NCBI GenBank assembly: GCA_002269645.1
Contig: NIVC01001813.1
Coordinates: 170,559-234,558, forward strand
DNA length: 64,000 bases
From: Macrostomum lignano
Taxonomy: Eukaryota
Direction of reading: 5' to 3'
Numbering within the stretch: position 1 is the first letter of the stretch; every line of letters starts with the position of its first letter. Both the position numbers and the translations under genes were made by a program. Under the pieces are notes generated by a model. The model saw only the letters and a list, made by a program, of their open reading frames with translations. It was not told where the DNA came from and did no database searches. Positions 50,428-61,600 of the stretch are shown in pieces.

Positions 50428-50580
50428 TCCAGGGGCTTTAGCACCAGGGGCTTTAGCACCAGGGGCTTTAGCACCAGGGGCTTTAGCACCAGGGGCTTTA
50501 GCACCAGGGGCTTTAGCACCAGGGGCTTTAGCACCAGGGGCTTTAGCACCAGGGGCTTTAGCACCAGGGGCGCCAGCACC
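50428..50580. repeat. 15-bp tandem repeat (caggggctttagcac)x~10, directly after the STING-gene stop
   Basis: Near-perfect copies. Confidence 0.95.
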
Positions 50581-51334
50581 AAAGTAGTTGTTGGGGAACT
50601 GCTAAAATTTATAGCCAGTTTTTCGCCTGTCTTTCTGGGGAGTGGAGGCCCCTCTTGGTGCCTTGGCAACGCCCATGAGATCTGTTGATGAGCATTAAGA
50701 CCTTAAGGCATTCCATTTCAGAGCTGGACTCGAAACCGGACTGTGCAGATGAATGTCTGCCTCTGACTTCCATGAGCTTCGCAATGGCGGCCAACTGTTG
50801 GTTCGGCTTTGCGAATCGATTGCTGCAGAGTGAGTTGAAACTTAATAATAATATTCATCAAATACACTCGCAATAATAAGAATAGTAATAATAATTATTA
50901 TTATTCGATTTAAGATGCAAATTTCGGGTCTCAAGGCCATTAAGTCTTGAGTCAATGGGCAAAACACATTGTCCTCTGAGTAAGATTTTTTTAAAATCGA
51001 AACTTTATACGATATTTCCTGATCAAACTTGTCACGGGAGCACTAGGAAATTTCCCGCTGCACTTAAAAAGGAACTGAACTTCACTTTCTACCCCGCATG
51101 GCATTTCGGGCAGGTCTTCTTCTTCTCGTAAGGGATCTTTGGTCTCGCAGTCCTTGTTTCGCTAATCTAAGCGGTGACAGGGTGCGATTTAATTCTGGAT
51201 TGGAAATTTCCAGGGCATACCTTTTGACTGAGTTGCATCAGTAGTATAGAATAAGGACAGAATTAAGTCTTGAACTCAGTTTAATTAAATTCTAAAGTCA
51301 GCATATGTTGAATATAGCTCGTACGGTGTGGCAC

Positions 51335-51810
51335 TGCCTCCGGCCTGCCCCACCCCGCCTCCGGCCTGCCCCACCCTGCCTCCGGCCTGTCTCATCCTGC
51401 CTCCGCGGCCTGCCCCACCCTGCCTCCGGCCTGTCTCATCCTGCCTCCGGCCTGTCCCACCTTGCCTCCGGCCTGTCTCATCCTGCCTGCCTCCGGCCTG
51501 CCCCACCCTGACTCCGGCCTGTCCCACCCTGCCTCCGGCCTGTCTCATCCTGCCTCCGGCCTGTCCCACCCTGCCTCCGGCCTGTCCCACCCTGCCTCCG
51601 GCCTGTCCCACCCTGCCTCCGGCCTGTCCCACCCTGCCTCCGGCCTGTCCCACCCTGCCTCCGGCCTGCCCCACCCTGCCTCCGGCCTGTCTCATCCTGC
51701 TTGCCTCCGGCCTGCCCCACCCCGCCTCCAGCCTGTCCCACCCCGCCTCCAGCCTGTCCCACCCCGCCTCCAGCCTGTCCCACCCCGCCTCCAGCCTGTC
51801 CCACCCCGCC
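51335..51810. repeat. 21-bp minisatellite (ccaccctgcctccggcctgtc), probably intronic
   Basis: Tandem copies visible. Confidence 0.95.
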
Positions 51811-51843
51811 TTCAGGGCCTCCCTCTCACTGATTGGCCAGTAG

Positions 51844-52407
51844 ACAATCAGCGACGTGGGCCAGACCCCACCATTTTCCTACGTTTATTTCGATTTTGGT
51901 AAGCTTAAATATTTACGGCCAGCATGCCCAATAATTCCAGGCATGAACGCCAGCACCGGCCGAAATTCAAAGCCGATGTTCGATCCGCCCTACTGCTTTG
52001 TGATCCCATCAAGCGGCCGGTTTCCCGACGAAAACCAACTCTACGATCAACTGTACAGCATTGGCGTCCGCTGGAGCGTTTCGGAATTCCGGCTGGAAGG
52101 CAGACGCTTCACATTTCGCGTGCACCGATGGGGCGACGTCAGCATTGCATTCGAAGTGCCCGCGTCGGTGCTGTCGATACATCGACAGGCCGACAGTCGC
52201 ATCGGCGGCGTCCGAGCGAAGAGTTTGAGCAGCCAGCTGGCCGAGTTCGGCGCAGAGCTGGACAAGTACTGCGCAAATAGCGGCGGCTGGTTTCGAGTGA
52301 TTCGGTGGGATGACAGCGTCTTGAGAGTTGGCGCAGAATGCCCCGACTTGAGCCGGGTAGAAAGTCTAATGAGCTGCCTGGGAGAAGCGTGCAGTATCCG
52401 CCCGTGA
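51844..52407 (+). CDS. Hypothetical protein exon(s), no recognised domain
   Basis: GC-rich non-repetitive ORF with a phase-1 GT-AG intron 51899-51940 that keeps frame. Possible first exon 51305-51325. Confidence 0.4.
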   Translation, partial: TISDVGQTPPFSYVYFDFGKLKYLRPACPIIPGMNASTGRNSKPMFDPPYCFVIPSSGRFPDENQLYDQLYSIGVRWSVSEFRLEGRRFTFRVHRWGDVSIAFEVPASVLSIHRQADSRIGGVRAKSLSSQLAEFGAELDKYCANSGGWFRVIRWDDSVLRVGAECPDLSRVESLMSCLGEACSIRP

Positions 52408-52534
52408 AGCATGTTGTTTAGGGAACTTTTCACTTCACTTGGTGTTTTAGGAGCGCTCAAGTTTTGTTTATTTAGGGTACTGAGACAGACAGGGGCATCC
52501 GCAGCTCTGTTGACTTTCATCAACCCACACAAAC

Positions 52535-52945
52535 AGCATCAAACCGCATCCCGTTTCTCACCCCGTTTCTCACCCCGTTTCTCAATCCGTTTCTCATCCC
52601 GTTTCTCATCCCGTTTCTCATCCCGTTTCTCATCCCGTTTCTCATCCCGTTTCTCATCCCGTTTCTTAACCCGTATCTCAACCCGTATCTCACCCCGTAT
52701 CTCATCCCGTATCTCATCCCGTTTCTCAATCCGTTTCTCATCCCGTTTCTCATCCCGTTTCTCATCCCGTTTCTCATCCCGTTTCTCATCCCGTTTCTCA
52801 TCCCGTTTCTCAACCCGTTTCTCATCCCGTTTCTCATCCCGTTTCTCATCCCGTTTCTCAACCCGTATCTCAACCCGTATCTCACCCCGTATCTCACCCC
52901 GTATCTCATCCCGTATCTCATCCCGTTTCTCAACCCGTATCTCAT
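52535..52945. repeat. 12-bp minisatellite (ttctcatcccgt)
   Basis: More than 30 copies. Confidence 0.95.
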
Positions 52946-53429
52946 AAGTTTGCTCAGTTACAAGTATTCGATTATGACAACTTTGTGTTTCTTAGGGTTT
53001 ACAGTAGTCTGTCTGTATTCACTGGTCCATAGGGCGAAGACAATGTGTACATAATTAATTTTTGACATCCCACGCCAAAAACTAAGCTGGAATGTATTCA
53101 GAAATACATGCAAATAGTGTAGTAAAAAACGATATATAATGATTTGATATCATTCTGTAACTATTGAGGTTTTATGCTACTTTTATCGTACTCATATTTG
53201 AGTCGATTCAAATAGTAGCATGAAAAAGTGACTGGTCTTGTCGATTTTCTTATTAAACTACATGTACTGCATGTATCGAGAGGACTTCCAATTTGACTAG
53301 ACGGGTCCTTGGCTACAACTGTGCATCCCATCATATCTACCAATGAAACCTTCAGTAAACTGCAGTCCCGAGAGACTGACAACACAAAGACAAAGGCATT
53401 AAAGTCCCGAACAGACAGACACTACACTT

Positions 53430-53650
53430 CGAAACTTCACAATAGCATTCCGGCACGCTCAAGGCTTGTCTCTTCTCAGCTCTGCTCTCTCTTCTCTCCT
53501 CTCTTCTCTCCTCCATCATCTCTTTCACCTCATCAATGCTTTCATCTCCTTTGTCTTCTCTTTCATCTCTCCTCTTATCTCATATCTCATCTATTTTCTC
53601 ATCTCATCACCTTTAGCAAGATATATCGCTCTTGAAAATCGCTATCCTTT
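53430..53650 (+). mobile_element. Decayed copy of the CT-core hAT MITE family
   Basis: gaaacttcacaatagcattccggcacgctcaaggcttgtctcttctcagctct matches the internal sequence of the 26962 element. Confidence 0.55.
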
Positions 53651-55151
53651 GTGTCGTAATCCAAAATATCTTTCCAAGAGTAAATTTTTGCGATTTTTTC
53701 CTTTCGTAGTTTTTTCTTCTTTCCGATTGACCCCACCACTAAAGATTTTAGCCACGCTTAAAACAGAACCAAATATAAATGTGAAACCCCCACAACTTCT
53801 AAAAGTATACCTCCCACCAGCGCCTTATCATCGCAAACCACGAGTCAAAGCAGGCAGTGTCGCCACTTAGGAGCGGACATCCCCTACACCGCCCATCATC
53901 TACAGTTGAAAACCGCAGCTCACGCAATGAATGTTTAACTTTTGGAAGAGAAAGAAGTCACATGGTTCCACGTCAGATGAATGCTGTTGGCTGTTTAACT
54001 AGAGTCCTTGCGTCTCCAAGAACCATAGCCTTTGTCTGCTCGTTCAGTAGCACCGAAGCGCCACGTGAGCCCAGGTAACTGGAGATCATCCTCTTTCTGT
54101 GCTTCTGTTCTGCCTCATCTGGACTCGGGCTCGTAGCAGTAAGGTAGCTCGGTCGCAAGTCACAATGATAGCGAATACATTTGAGACACCTGGCAACTGG
54201 TCAGCTTGTGCGGGCCGATGTTGTCATGCCTCTATATTTAGTCTCTTGATTCGTTCTTCGCTTGTGATCTTCCACCAGCTGTTGGACACGAGCCAATGTT
54301 TTAAATTCTGAGGCAGCTGCTTCCCGTCTTCCAAGGAGTCTTGGCCAGGTCAAAACTCCCTGCGGTTGCTAATTGTGAAGTAGAACCTACACAAGCCACT
54401 GACTCTTTCGTGGCACCGTCAGGTAGGGAGTGCGAAGTTAAAACTGCCCGAGCGGGCGAATATTATATTTTCTTGAAGTTTCAGGAGTCCGTACATAAAA
54501 AGATGTATTTTTCTAGCGGCGATAGGAAGAATACCATAGGAAAAGAGGTATAAGCGAGGCTAAAAACTTTTATTGTGCCACTTGTTATAATCAAAATGCT
54601 TTTAAAACACGTTAAAAATATTTTCGTATTTTCACAAAAAAATATTGCTATTGCTGCATTGCAATGCCTTTCAATTCGATCTTGGTCAAAATAAAATTAA
54701 CCAGCACATTCCATTTTTGGGTTTGCCAAACCTTTTATCGTCCGAAGTTAAAATGGAATTTTCAGGTGTATCACATACATTATGGGAAAATCTGACCTTC
54801 TGCATGCCAGAATTGTTGAATATCTCGAAGATCCTTTTAGTCAGTCAGGTTTTGAGTGCTCTTACAGCTGGGAGTTCACGAATCCTAATGGCCTCTAACA
54901 GCCGGTTGTCAACAAGTCAATATACCTCTATTCTAACTGCACACAGCTTGGCAAGAATATCAATCATACATGTATTTGAAGATGAAGAGTTTAATGGGAG
55001 CTGTTCCAGATCGTGTCAGTCAATTTGGTAAGTTATCATAATTGCCAGGCTGTATAAATACAAGCTGAATTTGATAGCCTAGAGTTGCGCAGATCCGATA
55101 GGGCCCGGAATACAAAGCAGTCAGTCTGGCAGCAGCACATCTGAGTAGGGC

Positions 55152-56790
55152 ATGCGGCGCACCTTCATTTGGATCTTCGCCTGGCTCTGCATCAGAACTG
55201 TGGAAGACGCCGGAGCTGTTTCTGTTGACTCGGCCCAGAAGCGCTTTGTCCTGAGTGAGAACTCGATTGTACTCGGAGATCGGGTGAGCAGCTTCTTGGT
55301 CTCCATCACGATGACTCTGGGCCTTCAATGCTTCGCCGAATGCGCCAGGCTGGGCTGCGCAGCCGTCAAGATGAGCGTCGCAGCGGGACGGTGCGAGCTG
55401 CTGCTGTTGCACGACGCTTCGAAGCCGGGCCGAGCAGAGCTGGCTGGCACTTTCAAGCACCGGACACTGAGCGTGGAGACCGGCTGGCTGCTGTGGAAGA
55501 CGGCCGACTTTGAGGAGCTGCTGAAGCTCAGTACCTTTCCACGACTGTTGGTTGTCAATCGTGAGTACTTCAAACATTTGAGATTTTTAGGGTTTTCTAT
55601 TTCGAACCGTCAGTGAGTAGCCTCTGCCTATCTGTGAACTTGGAGCTCTACTACAATGATACATGTCCCTGTACCGGTGGCTTTCATTGTTACACATCCG
55701 GGGATAGTTCCGAGTTCGGGTTTTTCAAGCTCACCAGTCGCTACCCCGCTTATAATGACCCTAAGGTCGTGCCCCAAATCAGTTGATCTATCTAATAACA
55801 AGTAAGATTTCTGCATCAAAAAGCAAGTTCGCCATGCTACTGTCCGCAGCCTCACCTGGAAATGGATCAATCGAGAGCTTTCTGGTGCCGATCGCTGCCT
55901 GCTACCGAATCGAGGCCCGAGGTGGCAGGGGCGGTTCCACCTATCCAGGGAGGAGTCTCTTCACCGGCGGCAGAGGGGCCTTCATGGCAGGCACGTTTAA
56001 CCTCACTGCCGGCTCCAGGCTCTCCATTGTTGTCGGACGGCGGGGCGGCGATGCGTCTCAGAACGAAGACTTCGCCGGCTCAGGCGGCGGCGGCGGCTCG
56101 TTTGTGTACGCGGAGGGAGCCGGCATGCCGCTGCTTGTGGCAGGAGGGGGCGGCGGTGGCAATAAAGACTCTGAAGGTTGGTGTCTTCTGTTATGCTACA
56201 TGTACCGGCTGACCCGCGCATCAATTCCTGTCTAATAGCTTCCAGTTGTGCCATTTTGATGACCCAAAAGGTCCCGCTATCGAGATAAAGACACTGTTCT
56301 ACGCTTTTAATGCTTGACAGGTAAACCCGGCAGAAATGGAACCAGCGGCAGCATGTCAGCAGCGGAGTATGAGGAGCAAAACGGCTTCGGCGGCTCTGAT
56401 GGATATCCGGGCTTCTTAGGCCCCAGTTTCGTCCCGGAGGGTTCAGCTAACTTTGGTGGAATGGGAGCCGGCTGGTTCGGCAAGGCAAACGGTACTGGAG
56501 GAGTTAGGGATGGCGGACCTGGTGGCAGCCGGCTTGACGGCTGGGTTGGCGGGACCGGAGGCGCCATCGGTGGATTCGGTGGCGGTGGGGGCGGTGGGGA
56601 GTCTCCCGGCGCCAGTGGCGGCGGCGGAGGCTTCAGCGGTGGCGGTGCGGGTTTCGGTGGTGCTTGCGGCGGCGGCGGCGGAGGCTCCTACTGCGGCGGC
56701 AGCGACTGCGTCGGAGTGACCGGTGGCAACACGGAAGGGGAGCACGGCTCGGTTGCCATGGAGATTCTGCTCGGCGCTGTTTGCAATTGA
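55152..56790 (+). CDS. Secreted PAN/apple-like plus ALK/LTK-type glycine-rich domain protein; exons 55152-55560, 55850-56176, 56321-56790
   Basis: Signal peptide, CFAECARLGCAAV..GRCELL, VPIAACYRIEARGGRGG..GGRGA..GTFNL..IVVG..GGGGGSFV..LLVAGGGGG, terminal GSVAMEIL. Both introns are phase 1. Confidence 0.8.
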
Positions 56791-57254
56791 GGTCTAGTGT
56801 TCAACTAGATTAGCTACTTTAACAAAGAGGTCCACGGTTGCGAACAAATGAATTGATTGTTTATTTTAAAACTATTCACTAAGTAAACAAATAGATTGAT
56901 TAAACTTGAAACTAAAGTCCAAAATTATATTCAGCAAGCATTCAAAAAGTATTAAACAGCTTTAAGAATTCACTTATACTGATTTCTCACGAATCTACAA
57001 AATGGAAAATCAAACCTCAAAGCAGAAAAGACCGACCAGGACGCAGTCTAGACTGAAAGAAACTAAAAAAGTTGACTTTGATCTACTGTCTCTCGTGAAA
57101 ATCAAAGCGACAGTACTATAGAGAACCCCTCAACAAGCAACGAGGCAAAAAGCAGATACGCCCACTTCGTTGACCCCTAAGCACATGGATACGCACACGC
57201 GCTCACATAGGATGCACAGCGGCCTTGACTTTCCCTTCGTCAGCAGTATAATAA

Positions 57255-57500
57255 TCGTAATAATAATGAATTATAATTTATTACAACCGCAGCTATTTGC
57301 GCGTAGCATCCAAAGGCTGTATACGGCTGTTGAGGTTGTCCAAACAATCTATAACCCTCTTCGTCAGACATGTACACACTGGCCTTACGATCTAAGTGTT
57401 GGCCAACACGTACCTGAATCGCACACCCCCCCGGACCAATTTTCGCACATAAGGACCAAATTAAGGTGACTGCGCACTCGGAATCGAACCGATGGGTAAT
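57255..57500 (-). mobile_element. SINE-like element with a different body but the same 3' tail as the 30758/47783 SINE
   Basis: Shared cagctatt..gcgcg..gcatc..aaggctg(c/t)atacggctgtt, a B-box-like ggttcgattcc and an (ATT/TAA)n tail. Confidence 0.55.
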
Positions 57501-58687
57501 GTAATAACTCACGCAAACTCTGCTAGTTAAATTAGAACGTCGTGGAGGCATTAAGTGACTGCAATACATGTATATTAAACTAACGATGAATCGTGCTCAC
57601 GCCGCTCCACACGCTCATGCAGTAGACAGATACCTTGGCGCGAGCCGAACTCAAGCCGGCACATCAAGCGGACTGTACAACGACCTTGACCCCCCTCCCA
57701 GCGTCCCGTAAAGCGGCAGAGTGAGTTTTTTTCATCCATATGGTAGATTCCTTCACACGCGAGCGCCGTTGAATGAAATACAGGCTTGGAAAAATCAATA
57801 AATATCCTACAGCTCAGATCGCGTCTGGCATATTTTAAAGAGAATATTTGAAGAGTCAGTTTACAAGTGTTTCTATTTTTAGCAACATTATTCAAACCTC
57901 ATTTCTCCGCTTGAGACTGTCCGCGTTAAGCAAGCAGTGCGAGGTTTATGAATCTAAAATGTGAAGAAATTTCAAGATTAGTACTCACTCTAAACTTTCA
58001 AAATTTGCTTACAAATCTCGTTGATTTTATCATCTACATATGAGCGATACTTTTCTATTTTAGCCTAAAATCGAATGCTAAAATGATCAACAGAAACCCT
58101 TTTGAGATCTGTCTGTTCTGGCATTCATTTCCGCGACAGCTCATTATCAAAGCATTACTGAAGTCACTACCCTTCCTGTATGCTCCCGGTGCTCCCGGAT
58201 CGGCAGCTGCCCAAAGCCTTAAGGGGTTATTGTGAGGGACAAATTTTAATGCAAGAGCTGTACGCGCGGGCGAGTACCACATGCCGCTGACCACGAGCGT
58301 ACATAAAGTGTATCTGACAGAAGCAAACGCTTGGCCCTGCACGCTCTTCTACTCTTCTCCCTAATCCCTGCCCCTTCCCTCTACCATTTCGCTTCGCTGC
58401 ATTGCAGTAGTTGAGTCTCCGGGGTGCACAGTGACTGGAAAGGGGAGGACAATCCGCGTCTCTATTGCCAAGCACCCGTGTCATCGATTTCGCGCGATCG
58501 CTTATTGATTTGGTCTGGAGACGCGCTGTTTTAGATTGAGGCGCTCGCTACTTTGGGGCGAAGCTGTTTCAGAGCAAGATCGGTCCGGTTTCTAGTGAGC
58601 TGACGCACCCTAGTTAAAAAACAGCAATCTTTATAAAAGAGCTCATAATTAAGCCATAATCACGCATCACTCACACCGACAAGTCTG

Positions 58688-61600
58688 ATGCCTGCCTTGC
58701 TAGTCAGCATCGGCCCTTTGCTTGTCTTCGCTTTGACAGCTTTCGCCTCCAACTGCTCTCCGGCTTGCGTGAATGGGGCCTGCAACGCTGATGGGACCTG
58801 CGTCTGTCCCACCGACACGTTTCTGACATTTACGGACACCAAGTGTGACAGTGAGTGGCTTACACCACGGCCTACATTTAAAGGAGCTTAGATTATGTAT
58901 TACTACGCTCGTATTTCTGAAAACTTTAAAAGAACTACTCGTGTTACGTTTTTTAACTAACGCAAACTCCTTTGAAACTAGCAGAAAGCGTCTTTGAAAA
59001 CAAGCATTTAATATCATCGGTTTGGGATGCACTGGAAAAGAGTCGTCAAACCATTAATTCCATCAGCAGTCATCGATCTTTTCAAGCCATACACAGGCAT
59101 ACACAGTTAATGTTCATAATATTAATGATTAAAGAGACATAAAAATGCTAATTTATTCAAATTAATTCCAGATGTGAGCACAATTTCTGCTGGAGGTGTC
59201 GTCAGTAAGCTTGCACAGAGCAATACAACTTTTCTGCAGTCGCAGCAGGTCAACTTTGCTGACACCGTGTTCCAGGGCGGGTTCCCCATTGGAGAGGGTG
59301 TCATTGCCACCGCTCTCTTCGTAAGTACTTTTTGCAACACGAATGACAGCTGAATATGGCAGTAACTCTTTGATTTGATTAGATTTTTTGTTTATATTTT
59401 AAAGGACTAATCAATAAAACAAAACTCGAACCTGATCAGATCTGCTCAAACGGCTACGTGACATTCGACAGCAACTACTGCACAAGCAGAATCGATTTGC
59501 TGCGGCACTCTGTCGCGCCCTCATTTATCGCCCCATTTGCGACCAGCTTCGACTATCGCAGCGCTGTCGGTGCTGTCTCCACAGAGTCAAGCGTCACCTA
59601 CGAGCTGGTTCCGAGCATCGATGCCGTGCCGCGTCTGAGCCAGATGCGCGCCAACATCAGCGACCTGGCGAACACCACATCGGCCATTGTGATCACTTGG
59701 GACAAAATGTCGCCACCGACGCTGGAGTATAGCAAAACTGTGCAGCAGGTTTGTTTCGTGGTTTATTTTGCTGTTTGAATTTCAGTAAATAAGCTTGATA
59801 CGGACTAATTGCATTAATGGAGATCATCGCTCAAAATGGGTTCATTTCAGATCACCATGCAGCTGATAATCTTCACAGACATGCGGAAGGTCACAGTTGC
59901 TGCGATGCTTTACTCGGGCAACACGCTAAAGCACTACTTCAACTGGGTGCCCACCCTGGTTGCTTGGAAAACTGGTGGCAACTTGGTCACCCTGGCAAGC
60001 ACTCGCAGTACAGCCATGGCTTATGCCAACCAGACTGTCAACTATAACCGTGAGTTTTACGCTAAATCAAGGGTTCTCAAGGTTAAGCCAGCCAAAGGGT
60101 TAAATTAGTCTGTAATAGTTGTATTGTTTAACAAGTAAAAAGTTAAATCTTGTACCCGCAGCTGTGAAGACTCGGATTCGAATCCTGCCAATCTACCTGA
60201 ACAACAGCGCGCCGGTGAACTACGCCGCGATGTGCAGCCGAGAAGCGACAACCCCCCTGCCCGTCACACCGTCCTCTTCCGTGGCCAACGCCTGTCCGCA
60301 GACGCAGCAGCAAGCCAGGTCTGACCCGCGGTACACCAAGGACGCCGCCACTGTTACGGGCAAGCAGCCATACAAGCTGCTGCTGACAGCTAACCTGGAC
60401 AATGTAACGCAATTGACTTGCGTGTACCATAATGACAGCGGCGGCCTCCTGGTGCAGGACTCGTCCATCAAGGTGGTCAGCAAGAATGTCACTTTGGGGG
60501 TGAACCTGTTCGACTACTGCTGCAACCGGGCGCCCGCTCTGTGCAACCTCTACTATAACAAATTTTCACAGCCTTCGTCAATCGGTTATGGTGCTCCCGG
60601 ATCCGCAGGTTAGCGTGACAGGAGGCCAGTTTCAACTGCACCCTTTAAATGAATTGGGAAGCTAACATAGTAACAAACAGAAGCAAAGTGCACACTTAGA
60701 ATGTATATAAAAGCAGGCTTAAGGTTTCATAGAGATCACCTAAACTGCCCTCATTCAGGCTTTGTCACTGGCGCCGGTCTATTCCGAACCTTCGATAACT
60801 ATCAGTACAAATTCTTGGCCATCGGAGACTTCTGGCTGGTGAATAACGCAGGCTTAAAAGTACAGGTTCGGATGGAGAATTTGAACACGCCAAGTGCCAA
60901 CAACACAGCGGGCGTCACCTCTGTGGCTGCGCAGTTCACTGGAGCAACAAACTTTTCTATCGAGGTGCGTCTGTCTTGTAGTTTGCTGCTCATGAATATA
61001 GCTAAGTTGTATCCATGCGTTCCAGCCTTCCCAGCAACAATTTCAGGTGTACCGAGACAAATCCGTAGCCAAAATTAGCACTGCGCATTACAGCATCAAC
61101 CAAGGTCCATTTACTCGTAAAAATCTCACAGGCAGCAGTGCTGTGCAGACGGAAGTTCTGAGCAACGGTAACAGTTTTAGAGCACAGCTCTGGAATAATT
61201 TGACCCTTTGCCTGTCGGTCCTTTACATGTTTTCTAGATAATATTTGCAAGAAACGAATGCTTAGCTACTCACAAATGTGTTGTTTCCAGTGGCAATTAT
61301 CAGCAGCAGCAATAAGATTATTTGCTACACAAGCAACTCCAACAGCTGGATCGAAGTGAGTCCAGTATCTGATGGCTTTCTGGGTTGGATAAATGCGCAG
61401 TGTGTTTGCAAGTTCAAAGCCCAACCTGATGAATTTCAGATTTCAACTGCTCCAAACGGACTCACAGTCACGGTATTTCTCAACAAGTCGCCAGGAAACG
61501 TTGCTGGATTGCTGGGAAACAATGATGCCAACAGCCAGAACGAGGTGGCTTACCGGAACGGAACCGCGCTGTCTGTGGCGCAACAGGCGACTCTGACGCT

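Noticed and set aside
53970-54330. Possible MULE-like transposase remnant on the minus strand (HWLVSNSWWKITSEERIKRLN)
   Set aside because: A single short motif with interrupted frames; no DDE core or TIRs found.
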